Of a stretch of 64,000 nt of DNA, positions 1 to 11,326 are shown in pieces. Within the stretch, counting starts at the first letter, position 1. Each line of letters opens with the position of its first letter. The DNA comes from Octopus vulgaris. Lineage: Eukaryota. Where the stretch lies: the NCBI GenBank assembly GCA_951406725.2, contig OX597819.1, positions 23,312,001 to 23,376,000 on the forward strand, given 5' to 3'. The notes beneath the pieces are model-generated. The model searched no databases, was not told the origin of the DNA, and saw only the letters and a list, made by a program, of their open reading frames with translations. The translations under genes were made by a program, and so were the position numbers.

Positions 1-2
1 AC

Positions 3-240
3 ATAACGTATATATGTTTCATATCAAAACATAGAATATTTTCTACCTCTATATTACGGTATGTCTGGAAAGCAAAGTTCAATGTAATTGATATATTCCG
101 CATAATTTCACCCATAGTTGAAACTGCAACACCATAATTAAATAAAGAAGAAAGCTGCAAGGTATGTCTGGCTGAGAAATCTAATATTTTTATTCAAGAC
201 TTCAAAATATTAAATCAAATGTTTGAATCATTACCCAGAT
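3..240 (+). mobile_element. Penelope-like element, decayed GIY-YIG endonuclease C-terminus
   Basis: Frame 3 reads FSTSILRYVWKAK...ATP*LNKEESCKVCLAEKSNIFI...ILNQ, matching the PLE motif T.LS.Y.W.LK...C.LCL.EK..I...LN. Contains a stop. Confidence 0.7.
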
Positions 241-584
241 ACCGATTGCCTGTTTTGCATTATTGCGTTTGTAATTGAAAGCTGTGCTCGCTCAATTTTA
301 ATAATATATACAAACATTTATTCAGACAATAGTTATATACCAGTAGTTTTCCTTCATGGAATTACCACATGCGACATCCTGGATGAGATTTCATTAATTT
401 TGAAATTTATAGAGAAACCTCTGTCCAGCCCAAACAGCCTTTGAATTTACACAGTTATTTACACTGCCCCAATATTCTTAACATTATCTGGCAAAAACTG
501 AACAGTGGAACTTAAGATAACTTACCACTGCTGAATGCGCTGGCTATATAAGCAATGTGTTCGGATGCGAGAAATGGTTAGATT

Positions 585-630
585 GGTGCTGATGAAGGGA
601 CAAGAACCCCTGAAATATGGCATATACACT
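585..630 (+). ncRNA. Minimal type-I hammerhead ribozyme, canonical core
   Basis: GGUG-CUGAUGA-AGGG(acaagaac)CCCU-GAAA-UAUG(g)CAUA-UA/-CACU. Stems I, II and III all pair. Lies downstream of the PLE fragment. Confidence 0.8.
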
Positions 631-880
631 TATTAACCCATTTTTGTTTTCGATCTCATTTTTAGTTCACGTCTGACGTCTCCATACGAAACGCTGTAGC
701 AAAAATCAGCGCTAGCTAAAATTTCTATAGAATACCCGCACAAATAACCTTAACAAATTAATGTAAAAGGCACTTCTAACGTAGTAGGACGTGGTATTGA
801 CTTATAAAAACATTTAATGTACTTTATAACATATTATGGCTCCATAACGAAATACCACGTGTGTACAAATCATTAGTAAA

Positions 881-2162
881 TACGAGGGGCGTTCAATAAG
901 TAATGCCTCTGACCCACTTCCAATAGCAGTAGAGCAACGAAACTTAGCACAGTTATTAGTCTTTTTCTACATAGGAACCACCCAGAGTTACACATTTCTC
1001 CCATTGTTTGATGCAGCTCTGGAGACCGTTTTTGTAGAAGACCCCAGTTTGGTCCTCCAACCACGACGTGACTTCAGAAATCAAGGTTGCATCATCTGGG
1101 AAACGCTTTCCTTTCAAAAACAACTTCATGGCTTGGAAGAGGTGAAAATCAGAGGGTGAAAGGTCAGGAGTGTAGGGGGGATGGGGGAGGAATTCATAGC
1201 CGCACGCCTGTGCTTCTGATCTGGCGACATGCGAGTTATGAACCGGAGCGTTGTCCTGCAGGAGGAGGATGCCTTTGCTGATCTTTTGCCGCCTCTTGAT
1301 TTTGATAGCTTCTCATAATTTCTTCAAAAGTGAAGCATAATAGGCTTCTGTAATTGTGGTACCCTTTGCCAGGAAATCTGTCATCACTACTCCGTCCTGG
1401 TCCCAGAAGACTGTGAGCATGACCTTGCCAGCGGAGGGCTGCACCCTTGCCTTCTTTGGAGGAGGTGAGTCACGATGCTTCCACTGCATTGACTGGGCTT
1501 TGGTCTCTGGATCATCGTGATGGACCCAGGTTTCATCCTGTGTAATCAGTCTTTTGAAAAATTTTGACTCATCTTCTTGGCACATCTCCAAATTCATCCT
1601 CGAGCACTCAACGCGTTCTTGCTTCTGGAAAGGTGTGAGCAACCTGGGAATCCATCTGGCAGATACCTTTTGCATATGCTAATGGTCATGAATGATATTT
1701 TACACAGATCCGGTACTAATCTTGACCTCATGGGCTATTTGGCGAATAGTTATGCGTCGATCTTCCAAAATGGCAGCCTCAACTTGACGGACAGATGCCT
1801 CATCAATGGCAGAAGGGAGCGACCAGATCTGAGAGCTGTTTCCACAGAGTTCCGACCATGTTTGAATTCACGATGCCAGCGTTTTACAAGGTCATATGAT
1901 GGCGCATCATCACCATAAGTTACTTTCATTTCATCCAAAGTCTCCCGTGGTGTGCGTCCTTTCAAATACAAAAACCGGATCACTGCACGACACTCAACTG
2001 GCTCCATTTCACACTTGACTCTGTTCAAACACCTGTAAATCAGAAACCACAGAGTTCAGAGCTGTAATTTGCCACTTAATCTATAGAGATATAAATAATT
2101 GCACAGCTAGATCAAACAACTGCAAGTGGGTCAGGAGCATTACTTATTGAACGTCCCTCGTA
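881..2162 (-). mobile_element. Near full-length mariner (DD34D) transposon, frameshifted transposase
   Basis: TIRs tacgaggggcgttcaataagtaatgc / gcattacttattgaacgtccctcgta with TA ends. Motifs WIPRLL, DETW, QDNAPVH and PYTPDLSPSDF across ORFs 1750-2028 and 1313-1675 and the sequence below them. Confidence 0.95.
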
Positions 2163-2279
2163 GCAACTGTTCCGAATCCCAACCAGTTCGGTCTTGTCTT
2201 TGCAGTTTGAACGACCATATAATCACGAAACGCGGAGTAAAAACACATTAAACTATCAGCTTGAAACATGTATAAGCTA

Positions 2280-2698
2280 TGAGATATAGTGATGAAAAAT
2301 GGGTCGTTGATTAACCGATGGATTCATGCCCAGTAAAGAAAAATGTTCAGTGAACTTTGTTTTAATTAAAAGCAAGTAATCAGTTAATATGCAGAATATT
2401 GAGAAGAGTGTTAACTCTCCTGATTATGAGGCAAACGAAGAATAATTTGAAAGATTCGTGATAAAAATTATTTTTTATGTAACTTTAAGCTGACTGGAGA
2501 AATAAGTAGTTCAGATAATAAACAAGCTACAAAACATTTGTTCAAACATTTGCTGGCGTTGTTAAAGAAGAGGGATGCGTTACGCGGCTGAGTTCACGGT
2601 TAATAGAATTAGTTTATCTTGCAAGGGGGTGCCTGAGAGAACAGCCATACATCCATACATACACGCATACATATGCATATATCTGTGTGTGTGGATGT
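2280..2698 (+). repeat. Local direct duplication, copy 1 (about 420 bp)
   Basis: Near-identical to 4108-4546. Confidence 0.9.
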
Positions 2699-3082
2699 GT
2701 GGATGCATATATTGCATTGTTAAATTACTGGTGCCTTCGCAAATGTTTTCTGTCACAACTATACAGTATATACTTCAGGAAATATCGAGAAATTTTAAGC
2801 AAAACTACAGGTATGAATGTGTAGTTAAGAAGCTTGTTTTGTAACCACGCGGTCTCGGGTTCAGTCCTACTGCATGGCGGCAGGTGCAAGTGTCTTTTAC
2901 TATAGCCGCGTACCGACCAATGGCCTTGAGCGAATTTGGTTGGCAGAAACTGTGTATAAGCACGTCTTGTATATATATATGTATGTATGTGTGTATATCC
3001 GTTTGCTCTTTTACTTGTTTATTCTTTTATTTGTTTCAGTCATCTGACTGCGGCCGTGCTGGGGCACCGCCTCGAAGGGATG

Positions 3083-3585
3083 CAAGGCAAAGTCGATCTC
3101 GGAGGATTTTGAACTCAGAACATAAAGACAGACGAAATACCGCTAAATATTTCACCCAGCTTGTTAACGTTTCTTATTTCTTTATTGCCCACAAGGAGCT
3201 AAACATAGAGGGGACAAACAAGGACAGACAAAGGGATTAAGTCGATTACATCGAGCCCAGTTCGTAACTGGTACTTAATTTATCGACCCCGAAAGGATGA
3301 AAGGCAAAGTCGACCTCGTCGGATTTTGAACTCAGAACGTAACGGCAGACGAAATACCTATTTCTTTACTACCCGCAAGGGGCTAAACACAGAGGGGACG
3401 AACAAGGACAGACAAACGGATTAAGTCGATTACATCGACCCCAGTGCGTAACTGGTACTTAATTTATCGACCCCGAAAGGATGAAAGGCAAAGATAACCT
3501 CGGCGGAATTTAAACTCAGAACGTAACGGCAGACGAAATACGGCTACGCATTTCGCCCGGCGTGCTAACGTTTCTGCCAGCTCGC
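3083..3585 (-). mobile_element. tRNA-derived SINE family A, tandem multimer
   Basis: Head (ggcg)gcgagctggcagaaacgttagc, B-box gagttcaaattcc, Nin/Deu-like gcctttcatcctttcggggtcgataaa. Internal ~184-bp unit is repeated. Confidence 0.9.
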
Positions 3586-4107
3586 TGGCTTTGGAACAGT
3601 AATATATTGCCTGCAAATATTGCTTGAATATAGAACAACATTTCCTGGAATAAGCCAAGTTTGAATAATTTATTTATAAAAATTAAAAACAGAAAATTGC
3701 TTGCTTGCAGAATATTGTCTCCGTTAATAGAAATCTACGGACGACCACAGAATTCTATGTTGACGATGTTCCACTCATTTATCATCGTAAGCAAAAATCG
3801 CCATGACATTTACTCACTATATGACGCCAATATATAAAATCAGCATCTGAAAACGTTTTAGTAAAAACATAAAAACAATATGGTTGGTTCGAATATGAAG
3901 CAGCGTAGGTTACATAAAACTAATTTACTAAAGATTTTAAAACTGGTTTGTTTATTAACCGTTCAGAAACCGGACATTCTCGCTCTCAAATCGGCTGCGC
4001 CTTGAACACAAACAACGATTTTGTCTTCAGTTGTTGAAGATATAAATAGCTTTTAAGAATACGAACGTAATGCAGGGAATATTTCAATGACAATTATATC
4101 AAAAGAA

Positions 4108-4546
4108 TGAGATATAGTGATGAAAAATGGGTCGTTGATTAACCGATGGATTCATGCCCAGTAAAGAAAAATGTCCAGTGAACTTTGTCTTAATTAAAAG
4201 CAAGTTATCAGTTAATATGTAGAATATTGAGAAGAACAGAGTGTTAACTGCCCAGAATATGAGGCAAACAAAGAGTGATTTGAAAGATTCGTGATAAAAA
4301 TTATTTTTTATGTAACTTTAAGCTGATTGGAGAAATAAGTAGTTCAGATAATAAACAAGCTACAAAACATTTGTTCAAACATTTGCTGGCGTTGTTAAAG
4401 AAGAGGGATGCGTTACGCGGCTGAGTTCACGGTTAATAGAATTAGTTTATCTTGCAAGGGGGTGCCTGAGAGAACAACCATACATTCATCATTCATACAT
4501 ACACGCATACACATGCATATATCTGTGTGTGTGTGTGTGTGGATGC
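4108..4546 (+). repeat. Local direct duplication, copy 2
   Basis: Near-identical to 2280-2698, with scattered SNPs and indels. Confidence 0.9.
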
Positions 4547-4573
4547 GTGGATTCATACACAAACACATACATG

Positions 4574-4623
<50 letters not shown>

Positions 4624-4957
4624 TTAGAAGCAGCTCAAGGAGTATAAACACACATACACAAGGTATGTATTTTGCTAGTTTGTGGGTAGGCTGCGCTTTT
4701 AGGCGTAAGAGAATACATTCTCTTCTATGCACTAGGTGTTAAAAGACCTAGAAGTCAGTATTAGACAAGCGAGACAACTCGCATCAGGTCCCGTTCGGAA
4801 ACAATGGCCATTGATGTTTCGTCCATTGATGTTTCTAACCTAGATCCAAGGCTCCTTCATTGGAATTTCAACATCAACAACAGGATATTTTTGCTTGTAA
4901 TGTATGTATGTATGTATGTATGTACGTATGTATGTATGTATGTTTGTATGTATATAT

Positions 4958-6045
4958 GTGAATGGTAAACGACTTGATGTAGTCGATCAGTTTGTCTACC
5001 TGGGAAGCACTATTAATAGATATGGCAATGTGGATGATGAAGTTCCATATAGAATTAGGAAAGCAAATGTTGCTTTCGGAAGGCTAGAAAAGCGCCTCTG
5101 GAGTCGGCGAGATATATGCAGAAAGACAAAGATAAAGGTGTACAAGGCATGTGGGCTCTCTTCTCTGCTCTATGTCTGCGAGACGTGGGTCACATATCAA
5201 TACCACCTTAAACATCTGGAACGTTTCCATCAGATGTACCTCAGACGGATCTATGTCATTAAGTGGAAGGACCGCATCAGTGATCTTGAAATACTCGAAG
5301 GCTCTCGGTGTGTAAGTATAGAAGCGCTTGTGTTAAAGCAAAGGCTCAGAGGGAGTGGTCATCTGGTCAGAATGAAGGATTCAAGGATGCCAAAACAACT
5401 CTTTTATGGAGAGTTAGCTAAAGGAGAACGACCTCCACATAAACCAAAAAAGAGGTATAAGGACTTGCTGAAGGCTTCCTTAAGAGATGCTTGCATCTCT
5501 CCTGACACATGGGAAGGCATAGCTATTGATCGAAGCAGGTGGAGAAGGATTGTGCATGAGGGGACAGCCACGTTTGAGAAATCTCGAGTTGCGCATGAGA
5601 AAGTAAGGAGGGATGTCAGGAAGGGCATCGCTGTTACACTTCCAGAAGGGAAGGGTCTTCCTTTGATTCTGACATGCATTGTCTGTGCAAGACTCTGCCT
5701 CAGTAAAGCTGGACTCATGAGTCATCTTCGTAGTCATAAAACGAGACAGATGAGTGACAACCTGACCACTGGTGGTGGTGGTGTTACACACCATACTAAT
5801 CATATCTGTCGGGCATGTGGAAGAGAGTGTAATTCGGCAGGAGGACCTAAACGACATGCAAAGGTACATGAAGTTCAGTTACAACTACAGCCGGCTATTA
5901 CCAGTAAAGGTCTTAGTTGCCAATTTTGTACAAGACATTGTAGATCTTTAGCTGGGCTAAAAAGTCACATTCGATCACAGCACCAATAACAGCTAAGCTT
6001 CGTGCAATGGCCATACTCGATAACGAGGGGGCAGCCATAATAATA
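4958..6045 (+). mobile_element. 5'-truncated RTE (BovB-like) LINE with three C-terminal C2H2 fingers
   Basis: ORF 4904-5989: FVYLGS, KANVAFGRL, GHLVRM..SRMPKQLFYGEL..G.RP, then three CxxC..H...H motifs. Short 3'UTR ends in (ATA)n. Confidence 0.9.
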
Positions 6046-6149
6046 ATGTATGTATGTATGTATGTATGTATTTATGTATGTATGTATGTATGTATGTATG
6101 TATGTATGTATGTATGTATGTATGTATGTATGTATGTATGTATGTATGT

Positions 6150-6775
6150 GCAGATTTGTATGTTTTATGTATATTTCGACATGCTAATATAATATATTTA
6201 AATTATAAACTTCTGGAAAGTTTTACAGATTTTTACAGTTCCGGTGATGGATTGGATCTGTAGTCTTCGAATTAGCTTTCTCCTTTCTGGTTTTGAAAGG
6301 CTAATTTCTCAAGATTTGTATTTAGGCAGTGTGTTACATATCCCAGGGCCCCAATAATTACAGTTATAAACATGAACTTATAATCTGGATAGAGTAACTG
6401 CAAATTTCTCAATAGTTCAGCGTAGGTGTTCTTTTTTTCACTGATCTTCAACTTTATTTAACATCTACTGGGCAGCTAATTTCCACAGCTGTGCACAATT
6501 TCTCTTCCCTATCCCAAATCATTATATCAGGTCTGTTGTGCTTAAATTTTATTGAGGATTTCACTGAGATGTTCCACCAGTATTCCTTTTTATTATGAGT
6601 GGCTGTGGCGTCTAGCATATTGTGGGTTCATATTTCTTTGTCCTCGGCATTATCCTTCCGACGGATTTCATTCTAGAATGTCCTTGCTACAACATCATGT
6701 CTGTAGATAATATCGTGATGACATTTTCAGACAACTGCTTATAATGTTCTTACGATGTTTAAACATGCTGTACAT

Positions 6776-6819
<44 letters not shown>

Positions 6820-7229
6820 TATACACTAAGCTCTGTCATGCAACTGGTCGTTAGTTTTTTGCTATGTGGGTAGTTCTGCATTTGGAGATCAATTCTGTCT
6901 CTGCCAGAGCTAACCAGAGTGGTATGCTTCTGTTCCCAATGAGAGCTTGCTGGTACAGATTCATAAGATATGGTCGGTAGAATGTTAGCTTCTTGTACCA
7001 ATAACCAGCAATCAAGTCTCTTCCGGGTGCTTTTCCATCTTGGAGTTTCTGGATCACAGTTGCAAATGTTTCACCATGAATGTTGGATGTCTTGGATGTA
7101 ACGCAGGAGAAACAACTTTTTCGGATTTCTTCCAGCCACAGAACATCTTGGTTGGTTAAATTCCTTCTTTTCTCTCCAGATTTCCTTCCAGAAGGAGTCT
7201 ATGGAGTTTTCTCATGGAGAAGCTTCTCC
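6150..7229 (-). mobile_element. R4/Dong-clade non-LTR fragments (RT N-part and restriction-like endonuclease)
   Basis: Minus strand: KAPGRDLIAGYWYKKLT (6851-7057), then RHDVVAR, HNRPDIMIWD...VEISCP...IGALG (about 6200-6700). Internally deleted and flanked by (TATG)n. Confidence 0.85.
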
Positions 7230-7958
7230 TGTATGTATGTATGTATGTATGTATGTATGTATGTATGTATGTATGTATGTATGTATGTATTATGTATGTA
7301 TGTATGTATGGTAAGTAGATGAGAGCAAAATATCTTCTAATATAGACAACACAGGGTAGTGCTCAGTACTTTCGATCTTGTTCTTTCCACGCTATATGAT
7401 ATCAGGCAGATATGGTAATTACGTAATTTATGGATCACTTGAAACAGCTGTCGAAATAAAACTTTCGTTATCATTTTTTTTCTGTATTCTGTAATCTATA
7501 TTTGTTGTTCGTTATGTAAATATATATCACAAGCCTACCTGCTTAAAAGCACTTAATCGCTGTTCATAATGTATTATAATTGAAATATCAATTGGTAATT
7601 TGAAGAAGTTTATCGGTTTTGTAACGAGGTGGAATGTGCAATTTCCAAATGAATTGATGGCTGTAGACACAAATATACTTATGAGCGAACCAAATAAACA
7701 GGATCAGAGTGATTTTAACTTGGTGAAATGCATTGGAAACGAAATTCATCAAAATGTGAAAAGACATTGAATGTTAATATTGTATTAATACGCTTAAAAC
7801 CTATTTATGCTGTCTTTAAAAGTGACTCGTAAGCATTGTGCATATATTATTTTATTTTTCACCAATATGTGTGTGAATCTGCAGCGAATATGTGTACGTG
7901 TGCACGTATGTATCTGTATGTATCTGCAGAGAATTATATATGTATGTATTATGAGTGC

Positions 7959-8014
<56 letters not shown>

Positions 8015-8157
8015 AAATGGATAAATGAATTATCTTGTTACGGATTATTCAAATTATAACCGATACCTGGGTAGCAAAAATCACAACAGAAAAACCACGG
8101 TTGAGGTTACGACCATGGGGTATCGCAACCGTGCCTTCGTGCGGATAATTGAAGTTT

Positions 8158-8180
<23 letters not shown>

Positions 8181-8189
<9 letters not shown>

Positions 8190-8990
8190 TAAGAGAATGG
8201 TCACTATGTGGCTCATTCTAGCACTAGAAAATCCAAAAGGTTTCAACCACAAAAATACATGTTTCCCGTGAAAGTCAGTACGATTGTTAGCTCACACGAA
8301 CAGGGCAAATAAAAAATAACAAAAATACAGATTATTTTGGGACAATTGTTTCGCTATTAATGAATTAAATGTAATTTTACTTACAAAAAACCCACTTGTA
8401 GCTCCTCAGCCAAAACTATCTGGATGAAATCCACTCAATCACACGCCAGATTTTACCATAACGATAAATACACGTGTGGTTCAATTGATTACATCCGACG
8501 TTATAATTCAAATGCCCCTACTAACAGCGCGCCAAACTTTCATGGAAACAAATACTACATTTAGAAATAAATGTAGCATAATTATAATTAATTAATAAGG
8601 GTGAGAGAATTAGATACTAATTTAATAGTATATCTATTCAACACCAAGTGGCCCAGTGCTTCGAGAAACCTGGATTATTATAATATTTTATTATATATTA
8701 TAATATTTCATACAAAAATAAATATAAGAGAATGATCACTATGTGGCTCATTCTAGCACTAGAAAATCCATAAGGTTTCAACCACAAAATACATGTTTCC
8801 CGTGAAAGTCAGTACGATTGTTAGCTCACACGAACAGGGCAAATAAAAAATAACAAAAATACAGATTATTTTGGGACAATTGTTTCGCTATTAATGAATT
8901 AAATGTAATTTTACGCACTGGGCCACTTGGTGTTGAATAGATATACTATTAAATTAGTATCTATTTCTCTCACCCTTATTAATTAATTAT
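8181..8990 (-). mobile_element. Penelope-type terminal-repeat element with direct and inverted duplications
   Basis: 8181-8380 is repeated at 8717-8914. 8915-8990 is the reverse complement of 8584-8659. Bounded by (TA)n and contains a hammerhead. Confidence 0.75.
8335..8415 (-). ncRNA. Minimal type-I hammerhead ribozyme, canonical core
   Basis: UUUUGG-CUGAGGA-GCUA(long loop)UAGC-GAAA-CAAUUG-UC/-CCAAAA. GUC cleavage triplet and palindromic stem III. Confidence 0.88.
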
Positions 8991-9022
8991 ATATATATAC
9001 ACTTATATATATATATATATAC

Positions 9023-9069
<47 letters not shown>

Positions 9070-9072
9070 TTA

Positions 9073-9180
9073 TAGACGCAGGAGTGGCTGTGTGGTAAGA
9101 AGCTTGCTTCCCAGCCACTTGGTTCCTGATTCAGTCCTTCTGAGTGGATTTGGTAGACGGAAACTGAATGAATCCCGTTG

Positions 9181-9248
<68 letters not shown>

Positions 9249-9955
9249 ATAACGCCAAAACTTACAGGGAAAAATTCAATTTAGTATTAAATCAAATTTC
9301 ACAATATAAATATATTATATATATATAAATTAGACCCACAAAACGTACTTAGTCTTTTTACTTATTATGTAATGTTTATTCACTTTTTTGTAATTTTTTG
9401 TGATCTAGTTATGTTTTATATTGTATTTTATTTTTGCTATATGATATGGTTTATGTCTATCATTGTTTGAATTACGTAAAAGTGTTTTTTCTCGAATCGC
9501 TAGCTTCTGCACGCATTTTTTTCTCTCCTTGTTTCTCTCCGTGTTTCTTTTCTGTGTATCTTTCTGTTGAAGAGCGTAGGCTCGAAATGTAAAAGACTTG
9601 TTTTATTTATATTCCTGAACGCCATACTAATACAATTGTTTGTTTGTACTCCACCTGCCTTCGTCTTTTTTTATTTTCATAAAGCTTCCCGTTATATGTA
9701 TATATATATGTATGTATGTTTGTATGTATGTATGTATTTGTGTGTCTGCGTTTGTCCCTCCACCATCGGTTGACAATCGATGTTCTTGCGTAACTTAGCG
9801 GTTCCCGTAATACTAGCGGTTCGGCAAAAGAGAACGATAGAATCAGTACTAGTTTTACGAAGAATAAGTTCTTGTATCGATTTGTTCGACTAAATGCGAT
9901 GCTCAAGCATGGCCGGTGTCAAATGACTAAAACAAATAAAAAATAAAAGAATAAA
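9073..9955 (+). mobile_element. SINE family B (CORE-like), interrupted in its internal microsatellite
   Basis: Head gacgcaggagtggctgtgtggtaag (9073-9180) and tail ...ggtgtcaaatgactaaaacaaataaa (9730-9955), with a ~450-bp insert between. Confidence 0.8.
9559..9596 (+). ncRNA. Hammerhead-like motif, variant core
   Basis: UCUUU-CUGUUGAA-GAGC(guag)GCUC-GAAA-UG-UA/-AAAGA. Core has A6U and an extra A. Same family as 19061. Confidence 0.55.
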
Positions 9956-10492
9956 GTGTGGGGGGGGGGGTATGTGAGTGTGTGTATTCTCGAACGTGTG
10001 TGTGCATATAATGCATCCATATATATTATACGTGTATTTTCATGTCTGTGTATGTCTGTACAGGATTAGCCGGAATTATCAGTTATTATTTGTGTCGTTT
10101 GACTAAATTTCACTCAGATCATTTATGTATTCACCAAAAATCATATTCATAGTATGTTTTAAAATTTTAACTTAGTGGTTAATATTCATTGAAATACAAG
10201 AATGGAGATTATAGAGTTTATATAATCGTAAACATGAAAGAGCTACCTATGCAATGCTTGTTGTGGAGAATATACGTTGCTTTCATAATAATCCTTTTAG
10301 TTTACGTTTGGTAAAACATGTTTAAGAAATAAAAATACCTCTTGGCCAGATAGCCATTATTTAATCAACAAAACGGTAGAAACTGAGGCTACTACTGACG
10401 TGAGTATAAACAACAACGGAAACAATGACAGCAATGCAATCTTTGTTTGAAAGTTATATAATGGCTGTTGCCGATGTATCTGCAAAGTTGTT

Positions 10493-10722
10493 AGGCGGCG
10501 AGCTGGCAGAACTGTTAGCACGCCGGGCGAAATGCGTAGCTGTATTTCGTCTGCCGTTACGTTCCGAGTTCAAATTCCGCCAAGGTCGACTTTGCCTTTC
10601 ATCCTTTCGGGGTCGATAAATTAAGTACCAGTTACACACTGGGGTCGATGTAATCGACTTAATCCGTTTGTCTGTCCTTGTTTGTCCTTTCTGTGTTTAG
10701 CCCCTTGTGGGTAGTAAAGAAA
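10493..10722 (+). mobile_element. SINE family A monomer
   Basis: Full head and body matching the other copies. Confidence 0.9.
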
Positions 10723-10869
10723 AGGATATTCAGTATTGAGTAGTATTGTTGAAAAATTGCAAAACGAGTCTTACAATACTATAAAACACACTTTTGCTTT
10801 TGTCGCTTGTTTTTATGAAATATTTTCAGCTACATGTTTGTTGTATTCCATGTTTGTCCGTCGGAGCAA

Positions 10870-11326
10870 CGAGGGCCATCTAGTCATCTTGGGAAGAGTG
10901 ATGACTTGCGTAATAACTTTGTTTAAAGTTGCGCACCGTCAACCTCATTCTTTTATCCGTGACCATCTTCAATCCAGTGGCAAGACCAGGTCAAGGCAAC
11001 AGGAGGTGGAGACGGAAGCAATGGATGACCAAGATTGTTTACTTACTCCATCTTGCTTTCTGCATTTCCTAATGCGTTACGGCATCCGCCTTCCTGTCAC
11101 ACTGAACCATGGAAGTTTCTTACGCTGACTTCACTGGATACAGTTTTCACATGCATCGGTCGGTAAAAACTAATATGCTAATTAACCCATAGCTGGGACC
11201 TTGGCAGCTGTTACTGCTAGGGATCAGAGTAGCTGTAGGACCAATAGTGGCCAAGAAGTGCCACTAAACCCCTGGGACTGCCGAACGGGAGCCCCACTAC
11301 CGAATGCAGTTTAAGGTCATACCCAT
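10870..11326 (-). repeat. Interspersed repeat, probably the 5' UTR of an RTE-type LINE
   Basis: Minus strand starts tgggtatgaccttaaactgcattcggtagtggggctcc. Diverged relative at 39867-40140 (tgggtatgtatttaacctgcatccggtcgtagggccc). Family assignment is from memory only. Confidence 0.4.

Noticed and set aside
4904-5989. Host C2H2 zinc-finger gene
   Set aside because: The N-terminus is microsatellite and the body is an RTE LINE C-terminal domain.
7360-7408. Possible hammerhead relic on the minus strand (UGC-CUGAU...GAAA-GUAC-UGA-GCA)
   Set aside because: The core lacks G8-A9 and the cleavage site is malformed.
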